Positions 62,621 to 64,000 of a stretch of DNA of 64,000 bases are shown here, piece after piece. Position 1 is the first letter of the stretch. The number at the start of each line of letters is the position of its first letter. Made by a program: the position numbers and the translations under genes. This DNA comes from Eledone cirrhosa (lineage: Eukaryota), in contig OZ024749.1 in the NCBI GenBank assembly GCA_964016885.1, forward strand, positions 1,426,001 to 1,490,000, written 5' to 3'. Under the pieces are notes generated by a model. The model searched no databases and had not been told where the DNA came from. It saw only the letters and a list, made by a program, of their open reading frames with translations.

Positions 62621-62802
62621 TATTGGTGTGATCAAACGTTTTGCTCGCTCCCGTAAGTCTCCTTATTTACCTGTCGTAAATCATTTATTGTTCATTTGTG
62701 TTGTCGTGTAAGGGACATAAGGCCTTGGACTTTGCTCTGTGAAGGGGAAAGTATAATGGACTTTATTTAAAATATAATAAAAAAAAAAAAAAAATTAAAA
62801 AA

Positions 62803-64000
62803 ATGGCGGAGCCACGCCCCCAAATTCGGCTGACAACGGTTTAAACGTTGAGGCGAATAACGCTGCCCCTCCCACAACAAATATGAAAACCAGCATCCCA
62901 CTAGGCAGTATCGCCGACAGCAGCACCAACGACAACAACAAGGACAACAACAATGACATCAACAGCACCAACGCAAACAACAAGAACACTTTTGCTGCAG
63001 CAGCAGCCTGAGAGAGGCCATGCTTCAGCATGAACCTCTCAAACAAAGATGAAAAGTTGGCCCAGGTCTGGAAGCTCATCAAGCAAGAGTGAACCTGGGC
63101 CAACTTAACTGCACCGGTAGAAGCTACTGAAGCAGTGGAGCGCAGAACGGTGCATTACAGGTGCATCTCAGCAGAAACCAAGAGAGCAGCTTTAATTGCA
63201 CAAGCAGATGTTGAAGTCGCGCTGAGGTGCATCAGGGATGACACTGAATACATAGCGAGGGGCAGACAGTACGGCACCATTTTGGTGCTGTTTAAGTCAG
63301 AAGCCCTCGCTATGAAACATGCTATGACACCTTGCAAAACCAGCAAGGTCATAATGTACCCCTCCCACATGGGAAAAAGAACAGCTCATCTCCACATTCC
63401 CAGGATCCCACCAGGACTTGACATGTGGTGGCTTCTGGGATGTGTGATTGTGGAGGTGACACATCTCAGAAGCCACCACATGTGATAGAAGTTACAAGGA
63501 CTGCTAGAAAGGACTAGTCCGGGGTTGACTTGGAAATACTTCTCCAGATCAGGATAGAGAATATAAACACAATCCCAGACCACATCCGTCTTCAAAACAG
63601 GACGGTAATTCACATTATGACTGAGGGTAAAGGCTGCATTGTTTCGTTTGCAGAGAAAAAACCCATTTGCGAGCCTTCTGCCCTCAACTACTGAAAGATG
63701 CAAGGGGTCGAAGGGCTCCACTGCTCCCGACACCGGGGCGAGAACCACCACCAACACCAGCATCGGCAAAACCACCAGCAACAACACCAATAGAAACACC
63801 ACCACCAACATTAACCACCCAGGGGGGAAACGAGGAAAGTTGCCGAATCCCCCCCCCCCCCCCAAAATACACATCAATAAAAACTTAAACACACACAGAC
63901 CCCCTCATTTTCCAGTAGTGAAGATGAGGCAAAACCCAAATCGCAAAAAATACAAAAATGAAAACAGAAAAAGAAAAAAACTCCACAAAGCACAATAAAA
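62803..64000 (+). mobile_element. Decayed gag-like ORF1 of a non-LTR retrotransposon (L1/Tx1-like), running off the window end
   Basis: CX2CX4HX4C zinc knuckle CFVCREKTHLRAFC at 63640-63681, preceded by an ORF1-like region with stops and frameshifts. Confidence 0.65.

Overview
This is repeat-rich animal genomic DNA, not prokaryotic. The RTE-LINE and tRNA-SINE content suggests an octopod cephalopod, which is an inference. Two host genes are supported. (1) A complete 7-exon CMSS1 orthologue on + (ATG 7052 to TAA 29810; 807 nt, 268 aa), assembled by hand with GT-AG introns and consistent phases. (2) A convergent minus-strand gene whose 2.3-kb terminal exon (52434-50115) encodes an intact NACHT-LRR (NLR-like) protein with a degenerate Walker A and Walker B, a candidate pseudo-ATPase NLR. 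The rest is decayed transposons (RTE, CRE-like and L1/Tx1-like LINEs, a Gypsy fragment, Tigger, two mariners, a Chapaev3-like element, Helitrons, TTAA MITEs, two SINE families) and about eight minisatellites, several derived from TE segments. Also notable are Penelope-type minimal hammerhead motifs (one intact) and homogenised inverted mariners flanking CMSS1 exon 4. Family names come from motif recognition only, and no database searches were run.
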